A stretch of DNA of 50,834 nt, from NCBI GenBank assembly GCA_051453625.1, contig JBOZIK010000001.1:49814659-49865492 (forward strand), read 5' to 3'. Shown in pieces: positions 1 through 13,339 of this stretch. The notes below the pieces were generated by a model, which saw only the letters and a program-made list of their open reading frames with translations, was not told the DNA's origin and made no database searches. Source of the stretch: Welwitschia mirabilis (lineage: Eukaryota). The position numbers and the translations under genes were made by a program. Position 1 is the first letter of the stretch; each line of letters opens with the position of its first letter.

Positions 1-1839
1 GTTAAGGATATCTAAAGTTGTGAAGGAAAAATACCATCTGTGTGCAGAGGTACCTAGGTTAGAGAATCATGTTAACTTGGTAAGGTTATTATTATGTAAT
101 TTTATTTGAATTTAGTCATGATTTTAATTTGGTAGACCTCATTCACCCCTCTCCTCTAAGTTCAACGATTCTTAATCTTATTGCAGGGACTAATTAGAGA
201 TTTTTCTAGAGTATCACAAATGTTTCAAGTAACTATTTATCATGTGGAATTANNNNNNNNNNNNNNNNNNNNNNNNNNNNNNNNNNNNNNNNNNNNNNNN
301 NNNNNNNNNNNNNNNNNNNNNNNNNNNNNNNNNNNNNNNNNNNNNNNNNNNNNNNNNNNNNNNNNNNNNNNNNNNNNNNNNNNNNNNNNNNNNNNNNNNN
401 NNNNNNNNNNNNNNNNNNNNNNNNNNNNNNNNNNNNNNNNNNNNNNNNNNNNNNNNNNNNNNNNNNNNNNNNNNNNNNNNNNNNNNNNNNNNNNNNNNNN
501 NNNNNNNNNNNNNNNNNNNNNNNNNNNNNNNNNNNNNNNNNNNNNNNNNNNNNNNNNNNNNNNNNNNNNNNNNNNNNNNNNNNNNNNNNNNNNNNNNNNN
601 TTAAATATAGGTTGAGCTCTCTATGAATGAGTATGCAGAACTATTTGATCATCAGATCGGGTTAATAAAATTTAGGATAGCTGAGATCACCACACTAGAA
701 AAGGAAATTCATTCTCTTCACATGAGCTAGATTAATAGCACTTTCAAGACCAATTCAGTGTAAACCATCCATTAAGTTTCATGAGTCCCAGAAGATAACT
801 TGATAGCAACTATCAAGAGCTAGGTAAAGGATTGTGTTAGAGCTTAGTTTGATGCATCTTGCATGTTTGTTTTGCATTTAATCACGATATGGTTCTTTGA
901 TGTTTTAGTATTATTTGGAAGTATATTAGTGAATAATATATTTTATTTTTCATTTATTTAGATTAAATATTTAATGTCTTTCTATTATCTATTATTTTGC
1001 ATAGAACTTGTGTATGTAGAATTTATGCAAAGTTTATTCCAAAGTAGTTTTACTATAGACTTGTGTTAGACAGTGATTACCCACTAATTCNNNNNNNNNN
1101 NNNNNNNNNNNNNNNNNNNNNNNNNNNNNNNNNNNNNNNNNNNNNNNNNNNNNNNNNNNNNNNNNNNNNNNNNNNNNNNNNNNNNNNNNNACATGTTTGT
1201 TTTGCATTTAATCACGATATGATTCTTAGATGTTTTAGTATTATTTGGAAGTATATTAGTGGACAATATATTTTATTTTTCATTTATTTATATTGAATAT
1301 TTAATGTATTTCTATTATCTATTGTTTTGCATGAAACTTGTGTATGTAAAATTTATGCAAAGTTTATCCTAAAGTAGTTTTACTATAGACTTGTGTTAGA
1401 CAGTGATTAGCCATTAATTCAGATCATTTTGTTTATTATATCCTGATTGTTTTGAGGGAATAACATCATGATGTAATCATTATTAATCTTTTGATAGTTC
1501 TTGGATGAAAAGAAAGGAGTAGTTAATAAGAATCCTCATTCAAAAATCCATGATCTTATTTTGCGTTTTGTTATTTTGATGATTTTCTTTCTTTACTCTA
1601 TTCTATTCTATTTTTCCAAAAAGTTCTTGAATTTGAAGAAGCTTATATCTAGATTTCATTAAAGCTAATTTCAACAACTCAATAGAATTTATATTTCTAA
1701 TTAATGGATGCACTTCATTATTGATAACTTTACAAGTTTATATCTATTCATTTATTTGCAATAAAGTAATACTAGTACATCAATCTTTGTTACAGCAGGA
1801 AATCTACATTACTATTAGTTTAGTAATCGTTCAGCCTAG

Positions 1840-4800
1840 GGTTAAGAGTTTAAAGAAGAATTAGACCTTAATATTTTCATGATAATGTATTCATGTTGTA
1901 AATGGTGTACATATCTTTATTAGAATTTCATTTGAAACATCTTAACCATGTTACCCTGTAGGAAGAATAACTGGCAATTAAAAAAAAAAAATCCCCTGCA
2001 TAGCTATTACACCTTCTACATCTTTTGAGAAGAAGATCATTCCGTGACACTACTCTATTATAATTAAACATTATAATACCCATATATACATCTTTATCAT
2101 TACCTTTTCTATGCTTAGAGATCTTTAAATTACTTTCTTAACAGTATTCCCTGTGCTAATGAAGGAAGCTCTACTTTTATGCTAGCTAATGTNNNNNNNN
2201 NNNNNNNNNNNNNNNNNNNNNNNNNNNNNNNNNNNNNNNNNNNNNNNNNNNNNNNNNNNNNNNNNNNNNNNNNNNNNNNNNNNNNNNNNNNNGGTTTCAA
2301 GTAATTCAATATTTTTCAAATATTTTATTAAACATAAACTTGCAAATTTATAAGAAAAGCAAAAATGTGAACATGATAGGTTAAAAGTTTAAAGAGGAAT
2401 TAGAACTTAATCTTTTCATGCTAATGTATTCATGTTGTAAATGATGTACATATCTTTATGAGAATTTCATCTGAAACATCTTAACCATGTTACCCCATAG
2501 GAAGAATGACTGATAATTAAAAAAAATCCCCAACATAACTATTATACCTTCTAGTTATTTTGATAAGGAGAGCATTTCCTGACTCTACCCTATTATAATT
2601 AAACATTAGGATACCCATATATAGATATTTATCATTACCTTTTCTATGCCTAGAGATCTTTAAATTACTTTCTTAACACTGCTCCATGTGCTAATGAAGT
2701 AAGCTCTACTTTTATGCTAGCTAATATTTAGTCCTGACTTCTTTACAAAAATTTCTAAACCCCTTTTAATTGCTATAATTTATTTCATATTTTCTTATGA
2801 GAACACTATAGAATCATTTGTGAAAAAATTAAACATAATTTAAGTTTTATTAATTCTAATCCTTCTTCTACTAATCTTTATAAAATAATCTTGTAGGACA
2901 TCCAACATGATGATGAGTAAATATGGAGCTAGGAAGTCCTTCTATTTTAAAGCTCTTCTTGCACTAAAGAAACCATGAATGGACTGATTGATTCTTATGC
3001 TAAATGTTTTTGACCTTTGCATTCACATCATCAATCTAATAAAATTAGAAGGAAATTCTTTTGTTGCTAAAATATGTTCAAGTTAGTCCCATGAAATACT
3101 ATCATACGCTTTTCTAAAGCATGAACTCTTCTTTTAAATTTTTTATAGAGTGGAAAAGTTCATGGTTAAAAATCACCTAATTTAGGATAGAGTTGTTTCC
3201 CAAGAAATCTATTGATTTAGTTTTACTACTTTGTTAAGAGATGGTTGAATATGTGCCATCAATACTTACGCAAAAGGCCTATAAATTACATTATAGATAC
3301 CAATTAGTTTCTACTATTAAACATCCAAGGCCTCTTGATTTTTTGATATCATAATCATTTGGGTATTGTTTTAAGTATGAAGGACTAAACCTATTCAAAA
3401 AACATTAGTAAAAGTAAGCTCTACTAATTTCTCTATTATTTTCTAATATTTCTTAAAGAATTCCATCATCTAGTTGTCCCAACTTGGGATTCAATTTAAA
3501 TTCATTTTCTTAAGCAGATTCCAAACTTCTTCCTTTTCGAGTTCTCATAGGGGGTTTCCTCCTTACAAAATATTTTTCAAAGGGTTGAGAATTCTTCCCT
3601 ACCTAACTCTTACTAAATATCCTATAGGTTTCCCATGAATACTTGGTGGACTTTCTTCTTTTCATACATTTGACCCTTCCACTTAACATAGCCTATGATA
3701 TTAATTTACCTTCTGTTATTAACAACACTATAAAAATATTTTAAATGCTTATCTTGATTCTTTACCCAATCTATATGAGACCACTATTTCTAGCACTATT
3801 TCTCCTAATCCCTAAAATAGTGTAATTCCTAAAGGTGTTGCCATTATTCTTTATACAAGTCCTCATCATGCTCTTACTTGAATTAANNNNNNNNNNNNNN
3901 NNNNNNNNNNNNNNNNNNNNNNNNNNNNNNNNNNNNNNNNNNNNNNNNNNNNNNNNNNNNNNNNNNNNNNNNNNNNNNNNNNNNNNAGCTAATGTTTAGT
4001 CTTGACTTCTTTATAAAAAATTCTAAACCCCTTTTAATTGCTATAATTTATTTCATATTTGATTATGAGAATAATATAGAATCATTTGTAAAATAATTGA
4101 ACATAATTTGAGTTTTATAGATTCTAATCCCTCTTCTACTAATCTTCATAAAATAATCTTGTAGGACATCCAGCATGATGATGAGTAAATATGGCACTAG
4201 GAAGTTCTCCTATTTCAAAGTTCTTCCTACACTAAAGAAACCATGAATGGACTGATTGATTCTTATGCTAAATTTTGCTGACTTTGGCACTTGCATCGTC
4301 AACCTAATAAAATTAGAAAGAAATTCTTTTGTTGCTAAATATGTTTAAGGTAATTCCATGAAATACTATCATATACTTTTCTAAAGCACGAACTCTTATT
4401 TTAAATTTTTTTATAGAGTGGAAGTTCATGGTTAAAAATCACCTAATTTAGGATAGAGCTATTTCCCAATAAATCTATTGATTTAATTGTACTACTTTCT
4501 TAATAGATGGTTGAATTTGTGCTATCAATACTTATGTAAAAATCCTATAAATTACATTATAGACACTAATTAGTTTATACTCTTAAACATCCAAGGCCTT
4601 CCAAGTATGAAGGACTGAACCTATTCAAAAAATATTGTTGAAAGCAAGATCTACTAATTTCCCTATTATTTTCTAATATTTCTTGAAGAATTCCATCATC
4701 TAGTTATCTTATCTTGGGATTCAATTTAAATTCATTTTCTTAAGTAAATTCCAAATTTCTTCCTTTTCAAGCTCTTATAGGGGTTTTCTCGTCACAAATT

Positions 4801-7800
4801 TTTTTTCAAAGGGTTAAGAACTCTGCCCTACCTAACTCTTAATAAATCTCTTATAGGTTTCCCATGAATACTTGGTGAACTTTTTTCTTTTCATACATTT
4901 GCCCCTTCTACTTAAATTAGCCTATATTATTAATTTACCTTCTGTTATTAACAACACTACAGAAATACTTTAGATGCTTATTCCCATCCTTTAGCCAATC
5001 TATATGAGACCACTATTTTCAATACTATTCCTTCTAATTCCTAAAATGGTGTAATTTATAAAGGTGTTGTCATTCTTCTTCACACAAGTCCTCACCATGC
5101 TCTTACTTGAATTAATTTTTCTCAACTTCTTCTTAAGAATTTATTTCCTCTTAATTATGATCTTTCATTCTTTCATCTACTCCTTTAGCCAATCTTTTAG
5201 CCTCACTAGATTCTCCTGCAGTGAATTAATTAAGTGTCTCTCATCTAATCTCTAATTCTTCTTTAGGTAATTAAGGATATCTTTCTCATGCATCCATGTA
5301 TTCTCAAAAGTAAAGTGGAATTTTCTTTTTAAAATTCTATTTAAGATCAAATAGATAGGTTGGTAATTAGAGCACCATCTTCCTTTTTCTTTCAACATCC
5401 AATTCTTATCTTCCATTAAATCTAAAGTTTTGAAAGATTTATCAAGCCTTAAGAGGATTCTCTTTGCCCCTTGCTTACGATTTGACTAAGTAAACTAGAC
5501 TTTTCATATTAGAAGATCAATTAAGGCTAGATTTAACATCATTTTTTCTATTTCATAAACTTCTGTTCCATTTCATCTACCACCTTCCATTCTTTTCTCC
5601 TATTATAGAGTTAGGCTTATATCTCTAGTTATGATGCATTTATGATTTTGTAATTTTTCTATGAGTAACCTTCATAAGTTTGTTTTTGCTATTTAAAATT
5701 ATATAGGATAGACATTGATCATCCACTAGTTACAAAAAGCTAATATTTAAGGCCACCTATATCAATGTCTTTGTTGATCATCATTTTTAAACCTTTAGCC
5801 TTCCCACAACTTGGCTCCCATTTAGCTTGCCATCATCTCCTAATGTTTTTTAGAAAATTAACTTTTTGGGTCTTTATTTTTTATAAACAAACTATTTCTA
5901 CATTTTCATTATGAATCAATTACTCTAATGTTTTTATCTTTGAGGTTGATTTCATGCTTTGGATGTTCTAGCTTAAAATATTCATTTTAGGGATTTCTTT
6001 TTGGGGTTTTTTCTTGAAAGTTCTAAAAGAGTTTACCAGGATTTATTTCTTATGTTTTCCACTGCTTCCTTTGTGGCTTTATCTATCATGTATGACATTC
6101 CTATCTTCTTGTTTTTATTTACCTCTTCATCTTCATTAGAATTATCTTTATCTAAATTAATCTCTTTTGAGTAATAAGTACTTAAAGAAAAATATTGATT
6201 TCATATACGATCTCTGCTAGGTGTTTGTTAGCTTCTCTTTTACTTTGACAGGGGCTGATATTTCTCTTTTTTCCTTTAGGATTAATCTTTCTTTGCATTA
6301 TATTTGTACATATACCTAGTCTAACTACCATCTTCATTCTTTCCCTTCTTTTAAATGTTTGAAAATCGTTCCTGCATTTCTGAGCTGACATAATTCAGGA
6401 CCATATCCAGATTTGTTATAACTTAATCACTAATGCATTGAACCGATTGCTAATTTATGACTTTTTCTTGCATTTCCCACAAATAACATTCTTAGGCTTT
6501 GGATAGAAATGTAAGGCATGGATAAAATCTCCATAGTATATGCATGGATCTAGAATATTTTCATACTTCACTTCTACTTTGTCAACTCCAAAACAATGAA
6601 TCAGTTTAAATTTATGTAGGGTTTTAGTTAGCTTTAAGTCTATTCATATACAAAACCTAATAAGGATCATCCTTCTGCCATTTATTGTCATAGGTTTTAA
6701 CTTGCTAATCTAACCAAACTAACTAGCTAAATCCTTGAAAAAATATTAATTCCATAGAGCTAGGCTAGTTGTCCTATGTTTCACCCATAATAGTAATCTT
6801 TGAAGAATTCTATCAAAGTCCTTTCTTAATCTCCATCTAGTCAAAGCCAACCCCTTTGTCCTAAAAAACAATAGTCCCCTAATCATCATGCTATGTAAAT
6901 CCTATTCTACTTTAAATTTGAATAGTATTTTTTTCTTTTGCAAGTACCACNNNNNNNNNNNNNNNNNNNNNNNNNNNNNNNNNNNNNNNNNNNNNNNNNN
7001 NNNNNNNNNNNNNNNNNNNNNNNNNNNNNNNNNNNNNNNNNNNNNNNNNNTGTTTTTATTTACCTCTTCATCTTCACTAGAATTATCTTTATCTAAATTA
7101 ATCTCTTTTGAGTAATAACTACTCAAAGAATAATATTGATTTCATAGAGTGTCTCTGCTAGGTATTTGTTAGCTTTTCTCTTACTTCTGCAGGGGCCGAC
7201 ATTTCTCTTTTTTTCCTTTAAGATTAATCTTTCTTTGCGTTATCTTTGTACATATACCTAGTCTGACTACCATCTTAGTTCTTTTCCTTTTTTTAAATTT
7301 TTGAAAATCCTTCCTGCATTTGCTGAGCCTACATACTTAAGGAACATGTCCAAATTTCTTATAACTTAATCACTAATGCATNNNNNNNNNNTGTTTCACC
7401 CATATTAGTAAAATCTGAAGAATTCTATCAAAGTCCTTCCTTGATCTCCATCTAGTCAAAGCCAAGCCCTTTGTCCTAAAAATTAATAGTTCCATAATCA
7501 TCATGCTATGTAAATCCTATTCTAATTTAAATAAAAATAGTATTATTCCCTTTGCAAGTACCACTGCTTGGATGGATTGAATCCTTGTCCATTTTAATGG
7601 TATTTATTTTCTAATTGAATCAATACTAGGTTTCAGCCTGGCTAAAAAAATCTAGCCTATAAGACTAAATAAAAACCTCTCTTTATATTAATGCAATAAT
7701 CAGAGGGGGCTTTTATCTTAAATGATCCATCCTCTGAAAAAATTTCATAAGGGGAGGATTCATACTCATACTTCCTAGGGTTTTCATGATTACAGGACCT

Positions 7801-8720
7801 TCAAACCATTGGTGCTAACTAAAAACTTGTCACTTTCCAAAACCATGGAAATTACTACATGACCACATCTTTCTCCTTTATGTCCATCTGCATCCTTAAC
7901 TTGCCCAAACACATGTCATAAGAATTCATCAAACTTCTGCACTCATCTCTTCTCTTCATCACCAGCCAGTTAACAGCTATGGTACTTACTACTTAATAAA
8001 CTAGTTAATAAAGCATAAAAGAAAAAAGTTATAAAGCTCATGATGGCTAGGAAATATTTAATGTATAAAAGTTTTTGCCCAATACTTCTTATATTTATTA
8101 TTACTACTATTGAGTCCCTATTATAAGTGAATTAAAAAATTATTTATGTGATTGCATGTGGCTAGACAGTAATGATAGGAAAGGATTTNNNNNNNNNNNN
8201 NNNNNNNNNNNNNNNNNNNNNNNNNNNNNNNNNNNNNNNNNNNNNNNNNNNNNNNNNNNNNNNNNNNNNNNNNNNNNNNNNNNNNNNNCCACTACTGGGA
8301 TGGATTGAATCCTTGTCCATTTTAATGGTATTTATTTTCTAATTGCATTAATACTAGGTTTCGACTTGGTTGAAACAAACTAGCCTATAAGACTAAATCA
8401 AAACCTCTCTTTAGTATTAATGTAATAATTAGAGGAGAGTTTCATCTTAAAAGATCCATGCTCTGAAAAAATTTCATAAGGGAAGGATTCATACTCATAC
8501 TTGGAAGAAAGCCTTCCTAGGGTTTTCATGATTATAAGACTGTCAAACAATTGGTGCTTGACTAAAAAATTGTCACTCTTCAAAACCATGGAAACTACTA
8601 CATGACCACCTCTTTCTCCTTTATGTCCATCTACATCCTTAACTAGCCCAAACACATGTCATAAAAATCCATCAAACTTCTACACTCATCTCTTCTCTCC
8701 ATCACCAACTAGTTAACTTC
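1840..8720 (-). mobile_element. Decayed L1-clade LINE (ORF1 + endonuclease/RT ORF2), partly present twice
   Basis: Minus-strand motifs: ORF1 DUF4283/zinc-knuckle style (LTRWRL.KDFD, YENI, YGP; ~6400-7700); endonuclease FT*SNRKQGAKRILLRLDK (~5440-5500), SNYQPI, FTFENTWMH (~5290-5320); RT YKLISVYNVIYR (~4550-4580), LEKVYDSISWNYL (~4350-4385); downstream SGLNIS and FFLWG (~2500). Confidence 0.85.
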
Positions 8721-8739
8721 TAAAATGTTCACAGCTATG

Positions 8740-10260
8740 GTACTTAATAAACTAGTTAATAAAGTATAAAAATGAAAAGTTATAAAGATCATGATGGCTA
8801 GATAATATTTAATGTATAAAAGGTTTTGTCCACTAGTTCTTATATTTATTATTACTACTGTTAAGCCCCTATTACAAGTGAATTAAAAAATTATTTGTGT
8901 GATTGCATGTGGTTAGATAGTAATGATAGGAAAGGATTTCAAGAGCTACATGGAGGATTTGTTTCTTACGTAAGATAAATTAAGGTTTGAGTATTTATGG
9001 CTACTTTATACAAGTATCTTCCCTTATAATGAGTGGATAGCTAACTCCATAAGATGATGTCATGACTTAGTTTTTGAATGATTAAAGATTGCTTACCCAA
9101 ACAAAAACCAATGAAAATTTAATTATTATATTAGTTGATTTGTATATTTAATGAGCATTAAGATTCAAAGATTTATTATCCTTAAAAAATTTGGAACTAC
9201 ATAGAAAATGATTTATAAAAAGATTGTTTAAAACACATTTTTGTATCCCTTATTATATGTTGCAGNNNNNNNNNNNNNNNNNNNNNNNNNNNNNNNNNNN
9301 NNNNNNNNNNNNNNNNNNNNNNNNNNNNNNNNNNNNNNNNNNNNNNNNNNNNNNNNNNNNNNNNNTAAAAAGTTAATCATTATATTAGTTAATTTGTATA
9401 TTTAATGATCATTAATATTCAAAGATGTATTATCCTTAAAAAAGTTAGAACTACATGGAAAATGATTTATAAGAAGATTGTTTGAAACACATTTTTTTTA
9501 TCCCTTATTTTATGTTGCAGGAAGTAGCTTCATGGTGGTTACCATTATATGATACTTCAATTGCTTCTTTAAGACCTTGGTTGATAGCTCATTAGATTAA
9601 TAGGTATATGGTCTCTCTTCTATATCTTGGCTTGAATAATATTCATAAAAAATCTTTTAGAAACTTTATGGTGGCTCTTAAATTTATCATTCATGTTTAA
9701 GCTAACAACATTTTAGCTCTAATAATAATACAATGGAAAGATGGTAGTTCTTGTTATCATTATAAAGTGAAAAAAATCTATCATATGCTTTTGAAAGACA
9801 TATCCATTAAGAATCATTATAATAACTTATGATTTTTTTCAAACTTAGAGAGTTGATGAATACCAAAAGCTCAGAGCATGTGGAAATTACCTAAATTACT
9901 AAAATAATATGAGTCTTTAAGGTATACCTATTCATATAACACTTATTCATCTAGGGTTTGTAGTTAATACCCACTCTTTTTTTAATAAGGAAGATAGTTT
10001 TAAGCATTGCTTTATTGATTTCTTTATGGATTAAGATGATTAAGCATGGATTTAAACTTTTTACAAATTTCATTCAAACTAGAAGCATACTCTTCTTAGT
10101 GATATCTCAAGTCTTCTAAGATACTATTTACATTTTTGGAAGTGTTATACACCTTGCATTATTTACGCAACCTAAAAGCATCAATCCAAACATAATTTTT
10201 AAAGAATTGATAACTCTTCTATTCTAGATTTAAGGTTTAAGGCTACTATTTTATAAAGTA
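8740..10260 (+). mobile_element. Decayed L1-clade LINE, 3' part of ORF2 (post-RT region and zf-RVT zinc finger)
   Basis: KVLSTSSYIYYYYC*AP...LKNYLCDCMW..GFQ..TWRICFLRK..GLSI (~8820-9000, the FLW...W..C..PK..GGLG block); YKVKKIYHML; IPKAQSMWKL; GIPIHITLIHLG...KEDSFKHCFID (~9920-10020, zf-RVT-like). Confidence 0.7.
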
Positions 10261-13200
10261 TTTACCTTTTACATTTATAATTAACTATCAAAACTTAGTT
10301 TGAGTTAATTTAGTTTAAGGTTAATTTAGTTTGAGGTTAATTATCATGAAACTTTTTTATTGTCATTGCAACATTCGAAGGATTCATTAAAAAGACAATA
10401 GTAGGTAAAGTGAAACGTCATCTTTCGTTTTGAACTTTTCATAAGCTAATATCACATGACTTTGGATTCCCTTTTTGGTCATACTACTATTGAAATTCTT
10501 CTCTTTTCAAGTTTAATTTGATGTTACTATTAAGTATTATGTATTTGGTAAGTGAAAAAGAAAGGAAAATTTAGCGGCATCTAAGTTTTACTATACTCTA
10601 CAACACTTAAAACCTATAAGAAAATTGAAATAAAACATAAAACTTGGTAGACATTATTATTTTAAAATTGAATTCAACAATATTAAGTATATGCTGAAAA
10701 TTCTCTTTCTATAAAGTACAAATATTTTATGATGAAGACAAGGTATAATAGAAATAGACAAGGACCATCATGATAAGATGATCCCAATCTATTAATTAAA
10801 TTTAAGGCTATCTTTTGATACTAAGAAAATTTTACTAATAATCAAGCAAGGATGAAAGCTAAATAATAAATCCTAAAGGGCTTAGTTAAAGACCTCTAAA
10901 TTTAAGTTTGGTCTTTATGACGATAGCTTAAACATTATAATGCGACTATATTTGTGAACTTAGATATCAGCAAAGACTCTTTTTCTAAGATGAAGAAAGA
11001 AACTACAAAAAATCTTTAAATTATAGAAGACAAAGTGCTAAAGCAGCAAACAAGAAAAAATTTTATCATTTAAAGTGATTTATTTTTATCTATATTTATA
11101 GTTTAAGTAATATAGAATTTTAGAATTTAGTTAATTATGTTAACATTTAAACTTGTCCTTTTATATTGAATGAAAATCTATAACATTATAAAGAAATGAT
11201 ATTTTTTTTACATGATTAAATAAGGTGAAATATTTACAAGTTTTGATAAATGGCATTCACCTCTTACATGTTAGAAGACTATAAAGAAGTAATCAATTCA
11301 ATTGTATGTAGTTACAGCATGGAATTACAAGTCTCCATATGTAGTTATAACCTATTGGTTCTTTATAATCTAATGTTCTATAAATATGTACAAACTAAAT
11401 GCATTTGAACCTTTTACCATTATAGCCTAAACTGTTTAAGTGAATTATCAATAAGCTAGATTACAGAAGAGGTCCTTCCAAAGAGTGAATGTAAGGGTTT
11501 GAAAAATTGCCATTGCATGGGAGAAGCTCTTGGAAATCTTATTAACCACTCTTAAAATTTAAAAAGAAATTAAGGATAACAAATTTTATAATGTTACTTT
11601 ATTTTACAACAACAGTATAATAATAGCTTTTATTATTGAAAAGTGCTTAAATTAATTTTTCATGCTATATTTTATTATGTTTACATGCTAAAAAGTATTA
11701 TAATATCAATGATTATACTAGAAAACTAAAAGTATTATTTCTTTTTACATTAACACTACTTATTTATAGTTGTTTGTGATTCTGAAAAGATAACAAGCTG
11801 TGTAATAAGTATTAACTAAGAAATCACTTGATAGAGTAATTCTCTATTAAAAACTTTATTAAAGAAATAAATTCTTTTTCTTTATTTTTACTCTAGATAT
11901 TTATAACTTGAAAAGTATCTAGGATTAGTGCTTAGAAATAAGTACATCTTATTAATTAAAACACTTTATTAAGTTGATAATGTATGATGCTTTTATCTTN
12001 NNNNNNNNNNNNNNNNNNNNNNNNNNNNNNNNNNNNNNNNNNNNNNNNNNNNNNNNNNNNNNNNNNNNNNNNNNNNNNNNNNNNNNNNNNNNNNNNNNNT
12101 TATCATTATAGCCTAAACTAATTAAGTGAAGTATCAATAAGCTAGATTATAGAAGAGGTCCTTCCAGAGAGTGAATGTAAGGGTTTGAAAAATTGCCATT
12201 ACATGGGAGAAGCTCTTGGAAGTCTTACTAACCACTCTTAAAATTTAAAAAGAAATTAAGAATAACAAATTCTATAATGTTACTTTCTTTTACAACAACA
12301 ATATAATAATATCTTTTATTACTAGAAAGTTCTTAAATTAGTTTTTCATGCTATATTTTACTATGTTGACATGCTAACAAGTATTATAATATTGATTATT
12401 ATACTAGAAAACTAAAAGTATTATTGCTTTTTACATTAACACTACTTCTTTATAGTTTTTTGTGATTCTAAAAAGATAACAAGCTGTTTAATAAGTATTA
12501 ACTAGGAAATCACTTGATAGAGTAATTCCCTATTAAAAACTTTATTAAAGAAATAAATTCTCTTTCTTTATATTTAATCTAAATATTTATAACCTAAAAA
12601 GTATCTAGGGTTAGTGTTTATAAATAAGTACATCTTATTAATTAAAACACTTTGTTAATTTAGTAATGTGTGATTCTTTCATCTTCTATCTATATGGTAT
12701 CTAAATAACCTTTTCTTTTTCTTTAATTTGGAATTTTAAGAAATTACTTGGTTTAATATCCTTTAGTTGTGTTTATTAAGTTTTTGTGAAAGCATTAACT
12801 TTTGTAACAAGATAATTTTAGCATCAAGGTAATTAAGGTTAATAACTAGATTAAGTATCTTCTTTAAANNNNNNNNNNNNNNNNNNNNNNNNNNNNNNNN
12901 NNNNNNNNNNNNNNNNNNNNNNNNNNNNNNNNNNNNNNNNNNNNNNNNNNNNNNNNNNNNNNNNNNNNTTTTCTTTAATTTGGAAGTTTAGTAAATTACT
13001 TGGTTTATTATCCTTTAGTTGTGTTTATTAAGTTGTTGTGAAAGCATTAACTTTTGTAACAAGATAATTTTAGCATCAAGGTGATTAAGGTTAATAACTA
13101 GATTAAGTATCTTCTTTAAATAAAAGCTTAGATTAGTAAAAGAAATGGTCCTAAAAGAATAAATAAATGCTAATAAACTAGCCTATAATTTTTGGCATAC

Positions 13201-13339
13201 TAGTCATGAATTCTAGCACATTTTATACTAATAGTAATAGCATAAAAACTAATATTTACATAATCTTAGCATGCTTTTCTACGAATATTGGGAACAATCT
13301 ATAGCACAAGGCAATAAATGAGAAAACTTTAAATTTTAG

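Noticed and set aside
120..170. ATTCACCCCTCTCCTCTAAG, resembling a Sirevirus-type LTR 3' end
   Set aside because: A single short motif at the window edge with no PBS, TSD or partner LTR visible.
601..840. gag-like peptide ELSMNEYAELFDHQIG
   Set aside because: Short, gap-bounded and only loosely similar to retrotransposon gag; not enough to call.
850..1782. Possible solo LTR (TGATGCA...TACATCA)
   Set aside because: Termini are suggestive, but the flanks (TAGTT vs ATCTT) give no TSD and there is no PBS or PPT.
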